Both the position numbers and the translations under genes were made by a program. The notes under the pieces were generated by a model. It was not told the origin of the DNA, made no database searches, and saw only the letters and a program-made list of their open reading frames with translations. Positions 60,252 to 64,000 of a stretch of DNA of 64,000 nucleotides are shown here, piece by piece (the stretch's first letter is position 1; every line of letters begins with the position of its first letter). The DNA is from Vitrella brassicaformis CCMP3155 (Eukaryota; Protista; Chromerida), in NCBI GenBank assembly GCA_001179505.1, contig CDMY01000381.1:28179-92178 (forward strand), read 5' to 3'.

Positions 60252-60933
60252 GTGTCGATTCAACTGCTTGACGGCACGACATTCAGCGCTCAACCAAATG
60301 GCCAGCCGGAGCTTTCAGACGTGTCGCCGGGCATCACGTTATATGACCTCCAGGCCAACTTCTGTTACGTGGTGGACGAGCTTGTCACGAGAGAGCAGAT
60401 GCACCAGGCGGCTCTAAGGCGGAGGGCCAATGGTAGTGATATCGAGAAGGCCGACACCGAGGCGTCGACGGACAACCAGCAGCACACTGGCGACAGTGGC
60501 GGGTGGCGTGGGCTTTATGAGGCGTTCCGCAAGACGAAACGAACACTTATCGAGGCGGGCAGTCCACCGGTCAGCGAGAGAGCCGCAGTATGTCTCTCTC
60601 GTGCCTTGTATGTATGTCTTCCTTGATTGATTGCAGGATGCCATCCCGGAGGTCCTCGCGGGCCTCGCACCGACAGTGGTGGAGACGCCATGTGGCTATG
60701 CAGCAGATGAGGTGCCCACGAGTGGCGCGTCGTCGCCCGTCAGCTCGACCCAATCGCGGCCAAGCGACGCCCACACAGCCGCCCTGACCCCCCTCTGCCA
60801 CCTCACGCGTGTCGATTGGCCTCGGCTCAGCAGTTACGACAATGATAGCGCGGCATTGTCCGTGTCAGCCGAAGCTGTCCATGATGCGTGCACTGGGCTC
60901 TCTTCATCGGGTGCAGCCGATGCTGGTGATTGA
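60252..60933 (+). CDS. Hypothetical spliced gene (3' exons)
   Basis: Acceptor gtgcag then SIQLLDGTTF...ITLYDLQANFCYVVDELVTREQMHQAAL...WRGLYEAFRKTKRTLIEAGSPP|DAIPEVLAGL...GAADAGD*. No family recognised. Confidence 0.55.
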
Positions 60934-61029
60934 TGTTGTTATAGTAGTCGACGCGTGTGTACTATACTCGGAAGCCAATGAGTGTCTGCTGCTGAGTGCA
61001 TGGGTATGTATCTTTCGGGCTGTCTTTCG

Positions 61030-62159
61030 TGCGGGCCGTGAGTGAGGGAGGGCGCTCCTTTCTGTCAGTCGAGGGCAAGCGGGTTGTAGGCCTCGAGCTG
61101 CAGGATGGTCTTCTCGTCACCCTTCGATGCCACCGACATGGCCCTATTCCGTGGCAACCTGTCGTGGTCCAGAACCTAACAAAAAGCAGAGAGGGTTCCA
61201 TGCACTCATGTGAGGTGACGCTACACTCACTCATTACCTTGATTTTGCCAGCCAGCGGGTGGCGCAGCAGGTAGTAATACAGTACACGGACAGTGATGGC
61301 TGGCGGCATATACACTGACGGGTCCAACCATCGGGGCTCTGACAACAGGAGCGCAAGAAGGTTAATCGTTCATCGCATCGAAAAGGGCCTTATTTTGGGT
61401 CTTTTTGGGTCCCTTCTGGCGTGAGGAGCCTCCGTGTTGACCGCCGCCTCCTGAGAACCACCACTGCTGCTGTCCGCCAAAGTCACGCCCGGCTCTTCCC
61501 TGACAAACACGGCCGGCCTCGTGTCCGCATCGCCAGCCGCATCTCCATTCCCCATCTGCGGGCTGATCTCCATCCGCCTGAATGAGAAGTTGAGAACGGA
61601 AAGAGAGCAATGCCGACAGACCATTACAGACCATTACATACACTTCTCAGCTCGTTGCAGACAACGTACCTGCGATGCTACAGAGCCGCTTCTGTCAGAT
61701 TAAGAGGGCGACTAGCCATCAATGATGAGCCTTTCCTTCAACGATTGCAGCGAAAAACTCGCTGGGGCCAGCAAGCTTAGCCTGTCCGACCAGTCTCGAT
61801 CTCTTCGCACGCTGCAGGTCCTGTTGAGCAGCGTCCATGATAAAATGATGCACGGCCATGCACGAAATACAAACACAGAGAAGAGATCTCTTCGTTTGTG
61901 GTCGTTTGCCTCCCTCCCTCCTTTGTGTCCCTTCAGGTGACTGGCAGCTGCATCCACAGTGCTTCCACCTCACAGTCGATGTCGACTCGATGATGATGTC
62001 AGCGGCACTTTGATAGGTTTGATACATCAGTCTCGTCGAGAGAGTGTGTTGGCTGAGGGGCGGAGGCCTTTGGTTGTGTCTCGTTGGTTGGCTGCTGCCG
62101 CGTGGCTGGGATTCTGCTCAGCCTGCTGCATTCAATGGTTCATTGGCCTGCCACACATG

Positions 62160-62199
<40 letters not shown>

Positions 62200-62800
62200 C
62201 GCGCAGTGGTGCCTTCGGGGCTGTCTGCCCAAACACAACGACTCCTATGCTGTACATGTTGGAAGTCAAAGAGGAGCTGTGCGTATGGACCCACGCACAA
62301 AGAAAGAAAAAGACACAGAGATGAATAGCGGCCGCCTGGCTGTCTCTGTGTCTGTGTGTCTGAGGCAGGCGGCCACCACCACCAGACAGCAGGAGCTGGC
62401 AAGTGACACAGGGACTCGCAAACGTCAGTCAGTGGCTGGTTGCCTTGCTGGTGCATGAGACTGCGTTGTTGGCATGGTTGTTGGCCAAGAGGCGAATAAC
62501 GGGGCGGCCTCTGCTCCCATTGCGTCTCGTTGGGGCTGCGTGGGTGAGGGTGAGAAGTCTTTGTCCACATGGTTTGGCTGCTGGTTGTGGGAATGGATGG
62601 ACTGTGATATATACGAGGGAGACACAAATTGAGAGACTGATCGATCCTTCTGGTCTGTTTCCATGCACACATGGAACATGTGTCTCTGAACAATGCTCTC
62701 AGTCTCGTCAAGACGCCTTCAGTCACGCCTCTCGATCATGTAACACTCTTGGCTCATCATACTTGTCATTTCCCTCATCTTGCTCATCATGTCTCCCGCT
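61030..62800 (-). pseudogene. Fragmented spliced gene remnant of unknown family
   Basis: Protein-like pieces (LLSEPRWLDPSVYMPPAITVRVLYYYLLRHPLAGKIK|VLDHDRLPRN...LEAYNPLALD*) with internal stops. Confidence 0.4.
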
Positions 62801-62930
62801 GATGTGACATGGTGTGGGTCGGTATTGATCTACGCGTCGGCCGTGTTTGCCCGTGTGTTTGTTAGCGGCGGGAGGGGCAGGTCGGGGACTGGCCGGCCGA
62901 CGGCCAGACTCGTTCCACTTCGCCCGCCCT

Positions 62931-64000
62931 AACAGAGACATTCGTCATTTGCACGCACTTCAAGGCCACACGTGCATGCACACGTGCAAGCGCAGGTGTG
63001 CGCACACAGACATTCGTCATTTACACGCACTCCAAGTCCACACATGCTGCGCAGGTAGGTGCACACAGACATTCGTCATTTACACGCACTCCAAGTCGAC
63101 ACGTGCATGCGCACGTACATTCGCAGGGGTGCGCACAGAGACACTTATCATATACACACACTCCAAGTCCACACGTCCACACAGACATTCATGATATACA
63201 CACACTGCAAGTCGACACGTGGATGCGCAGGGGTGCGCACAGAGACCTTCATCATGTACACGCACTCCAAGTCCACACATGCATGCGCACGTGCACGCGC
63301 AGGTGTGCGCACAGAGACATTCATGACATACACACACACACTCCAAGTCGACGTGCATGCGCAGGTGTGCGCACAGAGATATTCAATCTATACACACACA
63401 CACTCCAAGTCGACGCATGCATGCGCAAGTGTGCGCACAGAGACATTCATCATAGACATTCATCATATACACACACTCCCCAAGTCGACGCGTCCATGCG
63501 CAGGTCTGTGCATAGAGACATTCATCATCTACACACGATCCCCAAGTCGACGCGTGCGCATACACACACTCCCCAAGTCGACGCGTCCATGCGCAGGTGT
63601 GCGCACAGAGATATTCATTATATACACTTGCATGCGCAAGTGTGCGCACAGAGACAAGGTGTGCGCACATAGACATTCATCATAGACATTCATCATATAC
63701 ACACACTCCCCAAGTCGACGCGTGCATGCGCAGGTCTGTGCACAGGGACATTCATCGTATACACACACTCTCCAAGTCGACGCGTCCGTGCGCATGTGTG
63801 TGCACAGAGAAATTCATCATATACACATATACACACACTCCCCAAGTCGACGCGTGCATGCGCAAGTGTGCGCACAGAGACATTCATCATATACACACAC
63901 TCCAAGTCCACACATGCTGCGCAGGTAGGTGCACACAGACATTCGTCATTTACACGCACTCCAAGTCGACACGTGCATGCGCACGTACATTCGCAGGGGT
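62931..64000 (+). repeat. ~60-bp satellite array running off the window end
   Basis: About 17 units of cacagagacattcatcatatacacacactcc(c)caagtcgacgcgtgcatgcgcaggtgtgcg; 62998-63128 recurs at ~63900-64000. Confidence 0.95.

Overview
Eukaryotic, GC-rich draft scaffold with short GT-AG introns full of (TG)n/(CA)n and many 300-N placeholder gaps. Intron style and gene content suggest a chromerid alveolate such as Vitrella brassicaformis (inference, not verified). The window is dominated by CRE-clade (RLE-type) non-LTR retrotransposons: two near-full-length copies (~28.3-36.7 kb minus, ~52.5-59.9 kb plus) and at least six fragments from about three lineages. The main family carries an unusual N-terminus: two RING-like Cys/His clusters plus an OTU-like cysteine protease/deubiquitinase domain (Cys and His intact in both copies), fused ahead of RT-CCHC-RLE in a reconstructed ORF of roughly 2,000 aa. 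This is the best candidate for an undescribed system. Host genes: a secreted GH13 alpha-amylase with a C-terminal trefoil (P-type) domain, a PKS ketoreductase exon, an intronless cPLA2/patatin-like phospholipase pseudogene, an M14 zinc carboxypeptidase, the 3' half of an MRS2/CorA Mg transporter, an ankyrin-coiled-coil-C2 gene cut by a Copia gag-protease fragment, a NYN-domain RNase and half a histidine acid phosphatase cut by a CRE insertion. Most host genes carry stops, frameshifts or truncations. Non-coding structure includes a dispersed ~60-bp palindrome-rich satellite (six arrays), a MITE-like inverted repeat, a nested palindrome, a hairpin cluster next to the CRE 5' end and a 281-bp perfect inverted duplication. 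No rRNA, tRNA or CRISPR array could be supported. All assignments come from motifs read by eye; no searches were run.
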